The notes beneath the pieces were generated by a model. That model saw only the letters and a program-made list of their open reading frames with translations. It did no database searches and was not told where the DNA came from. Shown here in pieces: positions 1 to 9,854 of a stretch of 64,000 bases of DNA (within the stretch, counting starts at the first letter, position 1; each line of letters begins with the position of its first letter). The position numbers were made by a program, and so were the translations under genes. Source of the DNA: Terriglobia bacterium. Its GTDB lineage: Bacteria > Acidobacteriota > Terriglobia > Acidiferrales > UBA7541. The DNA is taken from contig OY968796.1 of NCBI GenBank assembly GCA_963695545.1, positions 3,840,001 to 3,904,000 on the forward strand, written 5' to 3'.

Positions 1-2
1 CG

Positions 3-3000
3 GATTTCAATTACGTAAGCAACCCAGCGACGTCATACTGGAATGCCGGCAATTCCACCATCTCGACAGGCCAGACCCAGGAATCCGCGAAAGGGTACAT
101 ACCAGAAATTCCGTGGGACGACTCCTGCGCCGCAAGCGGCGTGGTTACCGCCTGCAGTAACCAATCCATCGATCAAGAAGCATTCGTCACCGGCGGATTG
201 AACATCGTGGCCGCCGGCGGCGGCGAAAGCAACTGCGTTTTATCCGTCGTCGAGGGGGAGATTGTCAATTGTGACGCCAGCACCGCTTTTCCCAACGGGG
301 GATATCCAAAGCCCGCTTGGCAAAGCGGAAGCGCGGTCACCGGCCTCGCCAGCACCGACGGGGTGCGCGACGTTCCCGACATCTCTCTTTATGCCGCCGC
401 GGAGTCGGCCAGTAACTCCTTCTATCCGATTTGCGAATCCGACCTGAATACGAACAACGCGGAGTGCACCTCGTTCAGTTTGTTTGCCGGCGTCGGGGGA
501 ACGTCCTCGTCCGCGCCCGCTTTTGCCGGCATTATGGCCATGATCAACCAATATACATCGACCACCCCCGCGCCACTCGCAGCTCCCGTTCTGCGTCAGG
601 GCAACGCCAACTATGAACTGTACGCACTCGCGTCGAAACAGGTGACGGCTGCCACGAGTTGCACTTCAGATTCGAATCCCAACACGGCGGACACTTCCGG
701 TTGCACGTTCTACGACATCAACTCAGGTAGCAACTCCGTTCCTTGCGAGGGAGACTCGTTCGGTTGCAGCAATACCAGCGAGACGTCAACGAACGCCGGC
801 GTTGTAGAGCAGTCGGTCAGCTTGACGAACGGCGCTCCGGATGGAACCGTGGCTTGGGTGGCGAGCGCGGGATACGACCTAGCTACGGGCCTGGGCTCGG
901 TCAACGTGTATAACCTGGTGCACAACTGGCCCGCCGTTGTCGGCGCCTTCCATTCAACGTCGTCAACATTGAAACTCTGCACGGGAGGAACCGCGGTCTG
1001 CCAGCCGGGCGACAGCCCCACCGCTCTCAGCTTTGTGCACGGCACAACAGTAACCGTCGATATCGGCGTTTCCTCCGGGAGCGGCACCCCGACGGGGAAT
1101 GCTGCAATCATCGGATCGCCGAACCCGCTTTCTAACACGAACGGCAACTTCGCCATGGGCACCACCGCCGCCGTGGATATCTTCCATCTCACCTCCACCG
1201 GCGCCCTCAACATCGATGCGTATCCTCTGACCAACGGGGCCGCCACCGGCACCACCGTCTACCTCCCCGGCGGAAGCTACGCCATCAACACGCACTACAC
1301 CGGCGATGGTACTTTTGGCGCCAGCGATTCCGCCGCAGTCACCGTAAACATATCTGCCGAAAACAGCACAGCGACTCTTGCAGCTTCCGAGTACAACCCT
1401 GTGGAACAGGAATTCGTGGCCCTCCCGGCCTCAGTTCCTTACGGCACCGCCGAAATATTCCGCCTCGATGTCTTCGGCACTTCTGGCACTTCGACTACTC
1501 ATCCGGAAACCGCCACGGGGGCCGTATTGTTCACCGACGAGGGAACTCCAATTTCGCAAACGTCCGTGAACGGCGGCGCTAACGAGGCGTTTACTCTGAA
1601 CTCGGAGGGCTATGCCGAGGTCCAAACTCCGGTGTACGGGCTCTTCAACAACACCACGCTGCAATCCGGGTATGTGATCCAACCGCTCACCGTTGGCGCC
1701 CACAGCATTCAAGCGAGCTACCTCGGAGCCCAATCATCTTTCAACGGCGCGGGAACTGCCGGCGACTCAAGCTACAACCAGAGCCAGACCTCGGCGGTTG
1801 CCGTCAACGTGACAAAGGGATCGACCGTGATCGCCGATGCGCCGGCCGCTCCCACGCCTCCATGCACCACCAGCGAGCCATCCACTTTCACGCTAGGTAG
1901 CAGCGTGACCATCGCCGCCCTCGTCGAGACGACCAGCTACGCCAACGTCCCCACCGGATCCGTAACGTTCGCTTCAACGCGCGGCGAGAACCTAAGTTTC
2001 GTTACCGCCACGCCGTTCTACGATCCGAACTACGGCTTTTCCGAGTTGTGCGCCAGCGTCACCTACACTCCCACAGGCACCGAGACGATCACCGCGAACT
2101 ATATTGGCGACACCAATTACCTCGCTCCCTCCGCGGCTGCCACCACGACAATCACCTCCGGCAGCGTCGCCTCCGCAACGAACTCCACCGTGACCGCGAG
2201 CCCGACATCGATCGCCGCGAACGGCACGACGACCTCGACCATCACCGTCACTCTCAAGGACGTGAACAGCAACCCGGTCAGCGGCAAGACCGTCACCTTG
2301 GCGGGAACCGGTAGCTCGTCCATCTCCGCTGCCAGCGGCACGTCCAGCTCCAGCGGCGTCGTCACATTCACCGTTAAGGATTCTCTCCCCGAAACGGACA
2401 CCTATACCGCCGCCGACACCACTGACGACATCACGCTCACGCACACCGCTTCGGTAACCTTCACCGCCACCTACGCGATCACTTCGGCGAACAGCACCTC
2501 TGGCACCGCCGTGCCGATCAGCACGCAAGGTGGCTCCGGCTCCGCAACGCTCGGGGTCACTCTCGCTGCGGGCACCACGTCGGTCACGCTTTCGTTCGTC
2601 CTGGATACGTCTCCGGCAAATGCGGTCGATTTGCCGACTTGCAGCCTCTCGCCGAATCCCGATACGACGGCGGGGACCAGCAACGTGATGATGATGTGTA
2701 ACACCACCGCGGCGCACGTTCCGCCGATGCCGGCGGTCGGTCCGAAAGTGCACGGCACACCTCTTGTGCCGGCCCTCGCAGCGCTCGCGGCTCTGCTGGC
2801 GATTCTGATTTTGCTCGCCTTGCCCGAGCGGCGTCGCGGCTACGCGCTTCTGGTTCTCTTGCTCGTCGTCGCGGTCGGAGCAGTCGTGGCCTGCGGCGGT
2901 GGTGGCAGCAGCGGCGGCGGAGGAGGCGGTGGCGGCGGAGCTACCGGAACCACAATCGGCCTCTACGAATACACCGTCAGCGGAGGCGCAGGCGGACAAC

Positions 3001-3029
3001 CAGTGATCGTCTGGTTCAACGTCGAATAA
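3..3029 (+). CDS. S53 (sedolisin-like) peptidase with Ig-like repeats and C-terminal membrane anchor; 5'-truncated by window edge
   Basis: Frame is open from position 3 (DFNYVSN...SAKGYIPEIPWDDSC). S53-type motifs RDVPDISL, GGTSSSAPAFAG (catalytic Ser) and GYDLATGLGS. Followed by Ser/Thr-rich beta (Ig-like) repeats and a hydrophobic C-terminus. Confidence 0.85.
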   Translation, partial: DFNYVSNPATSYWNAGNSTISTGQTQESAKGYIPEIPWDDSCAASGVVTACSNQSIDQEAFVTGGLNIVAAGGGESNCVLSVVEGEIVNCDASTAFPNGGYPKPAWQSGSAVTGLASTDGVRDVPDISLYAAAESASNSFYPICESDLNTNNAECTSFSLFAGVGGTSSSAPAFAGIMAMINQYTSTTPAPLAAPVLRQGNANYELYALASKQVTAATSCTSDSNPNTADTSGCTFYDINSGSNSVPCEGDSFGCSNTSETSTNAGVVEQSVSLTNGAPDGTVAWVASAGYDLATGLGSVNVYNLVHNWPAVVGAFHSTSSTLKLCTGGTAVCQPGDSPTALSFVHGTTVTVDIGVSSGSGTPTGNAAIIGSPNPLSNTNGNFAMGTTAAVDIFHLTSTGALNIDAYPLTNGAATGTTVYLPGGSYAINTHYTGDGTFGASDSAAVTVNISAENSTATLAASEYNPVEQEFVALPASVPYGTAEIFRLDVFGTSGTSTTHPETATGAVLFTDEGTPISQTSVNGGANEAFTLNSEGYAEVQTPVYGLFNNTTLQSGYVIQPLTVGAHSIQASYLGAQSSFNGAGTAGDSSYNQSQTSAVAVNVTKGSTVIADAPAAPTPPCTTSEPSTFTLGSSVTIAALVETTSYANVPTGSVTFASTRGENLSFVTATPFYDPNYGFSELCASVTYTPTGTETITANYIGDTNYLAPSAAATTTITSGSVASATNSTVTASPTSIAANGTTTSTITVTLKDVNSNPVSGKTVTLAGTGSSSISAASGTSSSSGVVTFTVKDSLPETDTYTAADTTDDITLTHTASVTFTATYAITSANSTSGTAVPISTQGGSGSATLGVTLAAGTTSVTLSFVLDTSPANAVDLPTCSLSPNPDTTAGTSNVMMMCNTTAAHVPPMPAVGPKVHGTPLVPALAALAALLAILILLALPERRRGYALLVLLLVVAVGAVVACGGGGSSGGGGGGGGGATGTTIGLYEYTVSGGAGGQPVIVWFNVE

Positions 3030-3044
3030 CCGACTCAACAGCGG

Positions 3045-3081
3045 AAAAAGCCCGCGCGTCTAAGAAGCGCGCGGGCTTTTT
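3045..3081 (+). terminator. Rho-independent terminator (possibly bidirectional)
   Basis: AAAAAGCCCGCGCG-tctaagaag-CGCGCGGGCTTTTT immediately after the stop at 3029. Confidence 0.85.
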
Positions 3082-3313
3082 CATTTTCAAACGATCGCTA
3101 GAATCGCAAAGCGTCAGTAATTCATTCTTCGGTCACTACAGGAATTACATACTTAACTCGCTAACAGGATTCTGACAGTTCGAAGGGCTGGGCCGCCGTT
3201 TGAAGGAAAAACATTTAGGCCGCTGGAAGGGCCCCACCTCGAGAATCTTGTAGGGAAAGGCTTTCCAATGTACAGTCTGTCTCCCCGCGAAGCCTGTTCT
3301 GCCGAGGTGTGCA

Positions 3314-3847
3314 ATGAAACTGAAATTCGCATTGGCATTTGCAGTTCTGTCGTTGAGTGTAAGTGTAGCGCGGGCCGATCAAGTCAGCGACGGCGGCTAT
3401 TCATTCATCATCCCCGACGGCAGTACAGTAACGGGCCTTACGCAGTCAGCGCCCATCGAAGATGTTGGCCCGGCCTACATTCTGAGTTATTCCTTCGCGG
3501 ACGGCACCGGCTCTACTTCCTTCAACTGGTACTTTGGAAGCTGGGGCGAAATCCTGTTCTCCACGCCGGTTTCCGATTTGTCGTTTGACTATGAAAATGG
3601 GGGCGGCTCCTTCATCGACGTCTCTGACAACGCGGGCGATGGCCTCTATTCCTTGGACGAGTCCGGCGCCGACACTTTCGAAGGAACGGGCATCACAGAG
3701 CTCCAATGGTCCGGCCCGCTAGACGGCGGAATCACCGCGATATGCTACACGACACCCGAGCCGAGCTCTCTTCTTCTGCTGGCTTTAGGACTTATCGGGC
3801 TGGGCGGCCTTGTCCGTCGCCTGTCTCGCAGGGAGTCATCCATATAA
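3314..3847 (+). CDS. PEP-CTERM sorting domain protein
   Basis: Signal peptide (MKLKFALAFAVLSLSVSVARA), acidic body, C-terminal TPEPSSLLLLALGLIGLGGLVRR; GAGGT RBS. Confidence 0.9.
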   Translation: MKLKFALAFAVLSLSVSVARADQVSDGGYSFIIPDGSTVTGLTQSAPIEDVGPAYILSYSFADGTGSTSFNWYFGSWGEILFSTPVSDLSFDYENGGGSFIDVSDNAGDGLYSLDESGADTFEGTGITELQWSGPLDGGITAICYTTPEPSSLLLLALGLIGLGGLVRRLSRRESSI

Positions 3848-3914
3848 TTCCCATTGGTGCCTCTAGACAGAACAGCGAGTTTGCGCTATGCTTATGTATG
3901 TCAGCCGACAAAAT

Positions 3915-4213
3915 TTCGAATACTTCTCGGACGTCGCCGCGCCGTTCCTTTCCCAACGTAAATCGCCTCCCGCCCCACCATCCGGATTTTGCCCCTCTGA
4001 ACGACGAAATCATCAAGCCCTTTAGAATCAGCACTTCCAAGCATTTGCCGATATTCTGCATCTCGTTCATTCACAGTGGTTTGAACTCTACTAGAATCAA
4101 CACTTCTGAGAATAAGGACTTAAAGTCAATTAGAATCAACACTTCTGGGTATAAGGACTTAAAGTCGTTTAGAATCAGCACTTCCAAAAAACAGGGGGGG
4201 GGGAGGGGGGGTG
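3915..4213 (+). repeat. Non-coding element (copy C) containing 39-bp tandem repeats and a terminal G-tract
   Basis: Starts TTCGAATACTTCT. TAGAATCARCACTTC units at 4023, 4092, 4131 and 4170. Ends AAAAAACA-G10-A-G7. Confidence 0.65.
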
Positions 4214-4257
4214 CTCCTAAACGTATGACAGCAAAGCCAGATAAGACGCGGGCATTC

Positions 4258-5286
4258 TCAAGTTCGCCAGTCCAGCACCACTTTCCCCGATTGCCCCGAG
4301 CGCAGCGCTGCGAAACCTTTCTCGTACTCCTGCCAAGGAAATCGGTGCGTGATCACCGGCGCGATATTCAATCCCGATTCGAGCATCACCGTCATCTTGT
4401 ACCAGGTCTCGTACATTTCGCGTCCGTAGATTCCCTTGATCGTGATCATATTGAAGATCACCTTCGTCCAATCAATGGCCATCTCGCCGGACGGAATTCC
4501 CAGCATCGCGATTTTTCCGCCGTGCGCCATGTTCGCCAGCATTTCGCGAAACGCCGCGGCATTTCCCGACATCTCGAGGCCGACGTCGAATCCTTCCACC
4601 ATGCCCAATCGTTTCTGCACCGCGCCCAGCGATTCCGCGCGCGCGTCGACCGCCGCGGTCACGCCGAATTTCCGCGCGAGTTCGAGTCGCGCCGGATTCA
4701 CGTCCGTCACGACCACGTAGCGCGCACCCGCGTGCCGCACCACCGCCGCGGCCATGATTCCAATCGGCCCCGCGCCGGTGATCAACACATCCTCGCCAAG
4801 CACCGGAAACGAAAGCGCCGTATGCACCGCATTGCCCAGCGGATCGAAAATCGCCGCAATTTCCAGCGGCACTTTCGCGCTGTGGCGCCACACGTTGCTC
4901 ATCGGCACCACCACGTACTCCGCGAACGCGCCCGCGCGCTGCACGCCCACGCCCTGCGCGTGCGCGCACAAGTGCCGCCGCCCCGCCAAACAATTCCGGC
5001 ACAGCCCGCACACCACGTGCCCTTCGCCGCTCACGATTTCGCCCGGTTTGAAATCGGCAACGTTCGATCCCGCTTCCACGATTTCGCCCACGAATTCATG
5101 ACCGATCACCAGCGGCACGCGGATCGTGGCCTTGGCCCAATCGTTCCATTCGTAAATGTGCAAATCGGTGCCGCAAATCCCCGTCATCATCACGCGAATC
5201 AATACGTCGTTGATTCCCGGCCGCGGCACCGGCACGTCTTCCAGCCACAGCCCCGGCTCCGCGCGGCTTTTCACCAGCGCTTTCAA
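4258..5286 (-). CDS. tdh: L-threonine 3-dehydrogenase
   Basis: [28 protein letters not shown], four-Cys Zn motif, [20 protein letters not shown]. Confidence 0.95.
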   Translation of the reverse strand: MKALVKSRAEPGLWLEDVPVPRPGINDVLIRVMMTGICGTDLHIYEWNDWAKATIRVPLVIGHEFVGEIVEAGSNVADFKPGEIVSGEGHVVCGLCRNCLAGRRHLCAHAQGVGVQRAGAFAEYVVVPMSNVWRHSAKVPLEIAAIFDPLGNAVHTALSFPVLGEDVLITGAGPIGIMAAAVVRHAGARYVVVTDVNPARLELARKFGVTAAVDARAESLGAVQKRLGMVEGFDVGLEMSGNAAAFREMLANMAHGGKIAMLGIPSGEMAIDWTKVIFNMITIKGIYGREMYETWYKMTVMLESGLNIAPVITHRFPWQEYEKGFAALRSGQSGKVVLDWRT

Positions 5287-5405
5287 TTTTCGCCCCGCTG
5301 CATTAAAGTCTCCCTCGCCATTTCCGATTCAAGAGTAACAAGACATTGCGCCGAAGCACGCTTTCTTTTAGGATGCGCACATCTCGCTTGCCAAGGGGTG
5401 ATGCA

Positions 5406-5978
5406 ATGCCGATTCCTGCTCCGCTCTCGCGCGTTCCCGCGCGGAAAAAACGCGCGCCCATCGCCGCGCTCGTCGCAATGCTCTCCGCCGCTCTCGCCGT
5501 AGTGCTTCTCGCTGCCTCACCCGCGCGCGCGCAATTGCAACCCATGGGCGGGAGCGCGCAGGGCACGCCCGCGAAATCGTCTACATCCGCGCCCGCCGCG
5601 GCGCACAGCACGTCCAACTACGGCTCGGGAAGCGTTCGCGTTTTCATGAGCAACAGCGCCTCGTGGAAAAAAATTGGCGGATGGGGCCTCGCCGGCCAGT
5701 CAGAATCTGGCCGAGGCGATGCAGCCGACGCCGACGGCGTGAAAGCATTTGAAAAACATTGCTCACAATATCCGCTCACCAATGACAGAAACGCGGCCAG
5801 CTACGTGATCCTGCTCGATCAGCTGAACGAAAAAGCCCCGAAAAAAGGCCGCGACAAAATCACCGTCTACAATCGCGCCGGCATCGCGGTGTACGGCAAT
5901 TCGACGCGCCTGCTCGACGATTCGATCAAAGACGCCTGCCGCGCCATCGGCGGCGATCACAGCAAACATCACAAGTAG
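5406..5978 (+). CDS. Exported hypothetical protein
   Basis: Basic N-terminus plus hydrophobic signal peptide (..ASPARA/Q); AGGGG RBS before the ATG at 5406. Confidence 0.7.
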   Translation: MPIPAPLSRVPARKKRAPIAALVAMLSAALAVVLLAASPARAQLQPMGGSAQGTPAKSSTSAPAAAHSTSNYGSGSVRVFMSNSASWKKIGGWGLAGQSESGRGDAADADGVKAFEKHCSQYPLTNDRNAASYVILLDQLNEKAPKKGRDKITVYNRAGIAVYGNSTRLLDDSIKDACRAIGGDHSKHHK

Positions 5979-6189
5979 TCCGCGCGCGTTTCCGATTGGG
6001 CGCCGCACAGCGCTCGCTTAATCGCGTCACGCTCTCTCGTGCCGCAAGGCGCGAATCGCGCGCCGCTGTTCACACAGTAAGAATATTTGCCATGTGTAAA
6101 CTCATGTGGTATAAATCCGGCATTGGCGTCCTCCGGTTGTTACGTGTGTACCCGCGCGCTTCGCGGGCCACGCGAAGGAGGAACCAACC

Positions 6190-6912
6190 ATGCGAGTGTG
6201 TTTGATCTCTCTCGTAGTCCTGCTGGCTGCAGTTCCCTTCTCCTGCTACGCGGTCCCGCAAGCGACGCATCCCAGATTCGTCTTAGAAGACGGCACCCCG
6301 GTCAAGCTCGTGCTCGCCGAAACGATTTCTTCATCGAGCGAGCACAAGGGCAATCTGGTGCTCTTCTCCGTCGCCGAGGACGTGAGTCTCGGCGATGTGG
6401 TCGTGATTCCGAAAGGCGCCTACGCCTGGGGCACGATCATAGCCGTGAAAACCAAAAGAAAAATGGGACGCGGCGGCAGGCTCGAAGTCGCAATCGATAA
6501 AGTTCGCCTCGCCGACGGCGAGAAAGCGCCGCTCACCGAAACCGAAGGCGGCGATGGCGATAGCCACGAAACACAAATGGCCACCGGTATCGCCGTCACC
6601 GGTGCGCTCGCGTGGCCCGCCGCTCCGCTTTTTCTCTTGATGCATGGAAAGGACATCACCATGCGAAAGGGAGCGGAGACCATGGCATTTGTCGCCGGTG
6701 ACGATCCTCTTGAACCCGCGAAGTTCACGCCCGAGGCGCTCGCCGCAGCGAACAATCTCGCTCCGCCGCCGGCGTCCGTCGCCCCGACGTCGAGCACGAG
6801 CTCCGCTCTCGGCTCCGCGCCAAACACCGCGCCAACTGGGCCAGAGGACGCGGGACCAGTGCCAGCTCCGAACGCATCGCCAAACGATCCGGGCGGGCAG
6901 CCGCGGCAGTGA
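6190..6912 (+). CDS. Exported hypothetical protein (beta-rich domain, Pro/Ala-rich tail)
   Basis: AGGAGG RBS, signal peptide, LEDGTPVKLVLAETISS beta-rich domain. Confidence 0.8.
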   Translation: MRVCLISLVVLLAAVPFSCYAVPQATHPRFVLEDGTPVKLVLAETISSSSEHKGNLVLFSVAEDVSLGDVVVIPKGAYAWGTIIAVKTKRKMGRGGRLEVAIDKVRLADGEKAPLTETEGGDGDSHETQMATGIAVTGALAWPAAPLFLLMHGKDITMRKGAETMAFVAGDDPLEPAKFTPEALAAANNLAPPPASVAPTSSTSSALGSAPNTAPTGPEDAGPVPAPNASPNDPGGQPRQ

Positions 6913-6971
6913 GCAGAAAATCAATCGCGATTGAAGCGCGCGACGGAGAAAAATCTAGAAGAGAAAAACGA

Positions 6972-7047
6972 TGGAGCCGAGGGGCGGACTTGAACCGCCG
7001 ACCTGCCGATTACGAATCGGCTGCTCTACCAACTGAGCTACCTCGGC
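6972..7047 (-). tRNA. tRNA-Thr(CGT)
   Basis: Minus strand reads GCCGAGGTAGCTCAGTTGGTAGAGCAGCCGATT-CGT-AATCGGCAGGTCGGCGGTTCAAGTCCGCCCCTCGGCTCCA; 76 nt, cloverleaf, encoded CCA. Confidence 0.97.
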
Positions 7048-7189
7048 TCGAGGTGAATCGCGCGCTGGGGGCCGCTGTTGCTGGCTGGCGCGAAATCGAA
7101 TTTAGCATCCCGGCCCGAGGCCGTCAAAGCGAGTGGCGCAGTCGAGTTCCGTTCACAAATCCTTCGCGGCTGGCCGCCGCGAATTTCTT

Positions 7190-7363
7190 TCAATGCGAAA
7201 ACGGGAGCATCAGCCAGCCGATTCCGATGGCGACCAACAGGAATGCGAGGAACGCCCAAACGGTGTAGCGAACGCGTTCGCCGATGCGGCGCTTCGAGAG
7301 AAACGCGAACGCAACCGACACGCAGAACGCGAAGATCAGCATAGCTTGAAAATGATTCAGCAT
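7190..7363 (-). CDS. Small 2-TM membrane protein (57 aa; absent from the ORF track)
   Basis: MLNHFQAMLIFAFCVSVAFAFLSKRRIGERVRYTVWAFLAFLLVAIGIGWLMLPFSH*; co-oriented 28 bp after the upstream gene. Confidence 0.75.
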   Translation of the reverse strand: MLNHFQAMLIFAFCVSVAFAFLSKRRIGERVRYTVWAFLAFLLVAIGIGWLMLPFSH

Positions 7364-7391
7364 CGTTCTTTCGTCCGCCTCAGAATAAAAA

Positions 7392-7823
7392 TCAGACGCG
7401 ATTGCGCCGGCCGATTTCGTACGCTTCCAGAATAATCAGAAAATTCAGCACGCCGGCCGCGGCGAACATGCGCGTGCCGTAATCGCCGGCGGCTTTTGAA
7501 TCGTCCGGTCCTTGAGGCTGGAAGGTCTTCGAGAAAAAGTAGTAGCCGCCGGTGCCGAGATCGGCGACGAAGCCCAAGCGATCGAATGCGTCCTGGCTTG
7601 ACGGAGGGAGAACGTCGCCGCGCATGGTGAGACCCGCGACGGCAAGCACGCCGACCGCGAGAAAGTATGCGAGCGCCTTGGGCCAGCGGCGAAGCATGGC
7701 GTGGCCGAGCCCCGGCACAAGCCAGGCGCAAAGCGCAGCCGCGATTCCGCGCACGACGCTCGGAGGAGCTTCGTCGATGTTCTCGCCGGCCTTCGCTGCT
7801 TTGGTTTCCGCCACTTTATTCAC
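7392..7823 (-). CDS. Membrane protein (DUF6677-like)
   Basis: AWLVPGLGH motif, ~3 TM segments, DYGT...AGVLNFL. Confidence 0.7.
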   Translation of the reverse strand: MNKVAETKAAKAGENIDEAPPSVVRGIAAALCAWLVPGLGHAMLRRWPKALAYFLAVGVLAVAGLTMRGDVLPPSSQDAFDRLGFVADLGTGGYYFFSKTFQPQGPDDSKAAGDYGTRMFAAAGVLNFLIILEAYEIGRRNRV

Positions 7824-7871
7824 GCTTCCGTTTCACGCTGCGGTTCTTCGCGAAAAATCTGACCTCGCACT

Positions 7872-9047
7872 CTATCCTACCAAAGCCAAAATCTCGGTTT
7901 GAATCGGGCCGGTGACGCGCGCTTCGTGATCGTCCACGAAAACGTTGACCTCGCTTCGGATTCCGAACTCGGGAAGATAGATGCCCGGCTCGATCGAAAA
8001 GCAAGTATGAGGCAGAACGAGCCGAATGTCGCGCGTTTCGAGGCTGTCCATATTCGCGCCGTTGCCGTGCACGGATTCGCCGATGCTGTGGCCGGTGCGA
8101 TGAACGAAATATTTGGCGTAGCCCGCTTTGCGAATCACTTCGCGCGTGACGCGATCCACTTGCCAGCCTTGAATTGTGCGGCCGGCCTTCACCGATTGCT
8201 GCACGAAGGCGACGGCAGCATCGCGCGCGGCGCTCACGATGGAAAATATCTTCGCGTATTTTTCAGGAACCGCCGGGCCGAGGAATCCGACCCAGGTGAT
8301 GTCGTAATACACGCTGCCGGGCGCTTGCATCTTGCCCCAGATATCGAGCAGCAGCAAATCGCCCGCGCGAATCGGCGAGGATGATGCGGCGGTCGGCTCA
8401 TAATGCGGATCGCCGGAATGCGGGCCGACGCCGACGATGGGCGGCTCTTCGGTGACGACGCCATTGGCGCGAAAATGTTCGAGAATCCATTGCTGCAAAT
8501 CGTATTCGGAAATTGTACGGCCGGCGCGGACCATGCCCGCCGCGAGGGCGAAGGCTCCCTGCGTGACGCGATCGACGACGCGGCCCGCGGCCTCGTGCGA
8601 GCGGAATTGCTCGGCGGTCCAGGTGGCCTCGAAGCGCTGCACGAGATCGGCGGAGCTTGCGATTTTCGCGCCGGCGCGGCGCACCATTTCGATTGTGCCG
8701 GCGTCAACCATCGAAACGTAAGGGATGGCGTTGCGCGGCGAATATTGCATGGCGACATGGCGCGAACGTCCGATCAGGCGGCGCAGATTCGATTCAAGTT
8801 CGATCAAGCTCGCGTATTCGAGTTTCGTGCCGGGCAGCGAATCGAGAGCGCGCGATTCGATCTTGTGTACTAATTTGCGCGGAGTGCCGCGCGCGGGAAT
8901 CAGATAGAACCAGCGTCGCGTGGCCATTCCGCCGTTTAGTCCAAGCACGTGCGCGGCGATCGGATCGCGATGATGAAAATCGTAGAAGAGCCAGCCGTCA
9001 AGCGATTGCGCGCGCAACGCTGCTTGAATCGCCGGAATATCGGGCAT
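7872..9047 (-). CDS. M24 family Xaa-Pro aminopeptidase
   Basis: GDPHY, LLLDIW..YYDITW, HRTGHSIG..HG, FSIEPGIY..GIRSE metal-ligand motifs; likely start MPDIPAIQ. Confidence 0.9.
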   Translation of the reverse strand: MPDIPAIQAALRAQSLDGWLFYDFHHRDPIAAHVLGLNGGMATRRWFYLIPARGTPRKLVHKIESRALDSLPGTKLEYASLIELESNLRRLIGRSRHVAMQYSPRNAIPYVSMVDAGTIEMVRRAGAKIASSADLVQRFEATWTAEQFRSHEAAGRVVDRVTQGAFALAAGMVRAGRTISEYDLQQWILEHFRANGVVTEEPPIVGVGPHSGDPHYEPTAASSSPIRAGDLLLLDIWGKMQAPGSVYYDITWVGFLGPAVPEKYAKIFSIVSAARDAAVAFVQQSVKAGRTIQGWQVDRVTREVIRKAGYAKYFVHRTGHSIGESVHGNGANMDSLETRDIRLVLPHTCFSIEPGIYLPEFGIRSEVNVFVDDHEARVTGPIQTEILALVG

Positions 9048-9240
9048 GATCGGCGGAACTACAGACACGGTAGATCCCGCTCCCCCTGTGGCACAAACGC
9101 GGTCGATTCTAACAGCGGCTGAGGGCGCTTTCAAATTTGCGTGCGGCAAAGGGTGGAGGACGCTATTCATGGCGCGGCGCCCTCCCGTTGGTTTCGATTC
9201 TGCTTCGGAGCGCGCTGCCGGAGGAGCTATCTGGCGCGCC

Positions 9241-9651
9241 TACCCCCCTACACCCCCGGGTATGTTTTGCGTAGGAGCGGCAAATACGGGATTTACAGGA
9301 AAAGAGTGACAAAGAGTGCGCAATTAATTGAGAACAATGGATTTGCGAGTGTTTATTTTCAACGAGTTGCGCACTCTTTTGCAATCGGCTGAAAATAAAT
9401 GGTTTGGAGGGACACGATTTTACAACAGATCGCGAGTCGATTGAAATGTATCGATGATATTTGGTAGGTGCGAGTGCACAAAAGGTGACAGGCCTGCCTA
9501 CCGGCGGGCAGGCTCCGACCCTACGTGCGGAAAATTTGTCACGGTTAGTGCGCGGCGAGGGTGTGCGTTTGCAGAACACACCGCATGTTAGCATGGCGGG
9601 CAACAGCGTGTCAATATTATCTTTGAGTTATTCGAATAGAAGTATTCGAAT
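9241..9651 (-). repeat. Non-coding element (copy A) with internal inverted repeat and IHF-like sites
   Basis: 13-bp perfect IR at 9311-9323/9367-9379. A 24-mer at 9361-9384 is identical to 28976-28999. Minus-strand TTCGAATACTTCT (9638-9650) is identical to 3915-3927. Confidence 0.7.
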
Positions 9652-9854
9652 GCGTGGCTGGAATCGTCGGGTTGTTGCCGGCGGGGTTGCGCAGCGCGCC
9701 TCCGTCCGCGCGACCGGACGCAGGCCCGAGCCTCACCGGTCGGTGCTGTGCCGCGCCTGGATCGGCGCGCCGACCGTGCTACTATCGAGTATAGCGATGA
9801 TGTCTTAAGTGACCGGTAAATTCGACGCGGACGAGCCGCGCGCCAGAGCCGGAA

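Noticed and set aside
4023..4190. Possible CRISPR array
   Set aside because: Units are contiguous tandem copies without unique spacers, there are only about three, and no cas genes are in the window.
3706..5502. 598-aa + strand ORF
   Set aside because: Antisense shadow of tdh plus translated non-coding repeats; Arg/His-rich with no motifs.
6972..7047. tRNA-Thr as an integration site
   Set aside because: No duplicate of the tRNA 3' end and no integrase seen in the window.
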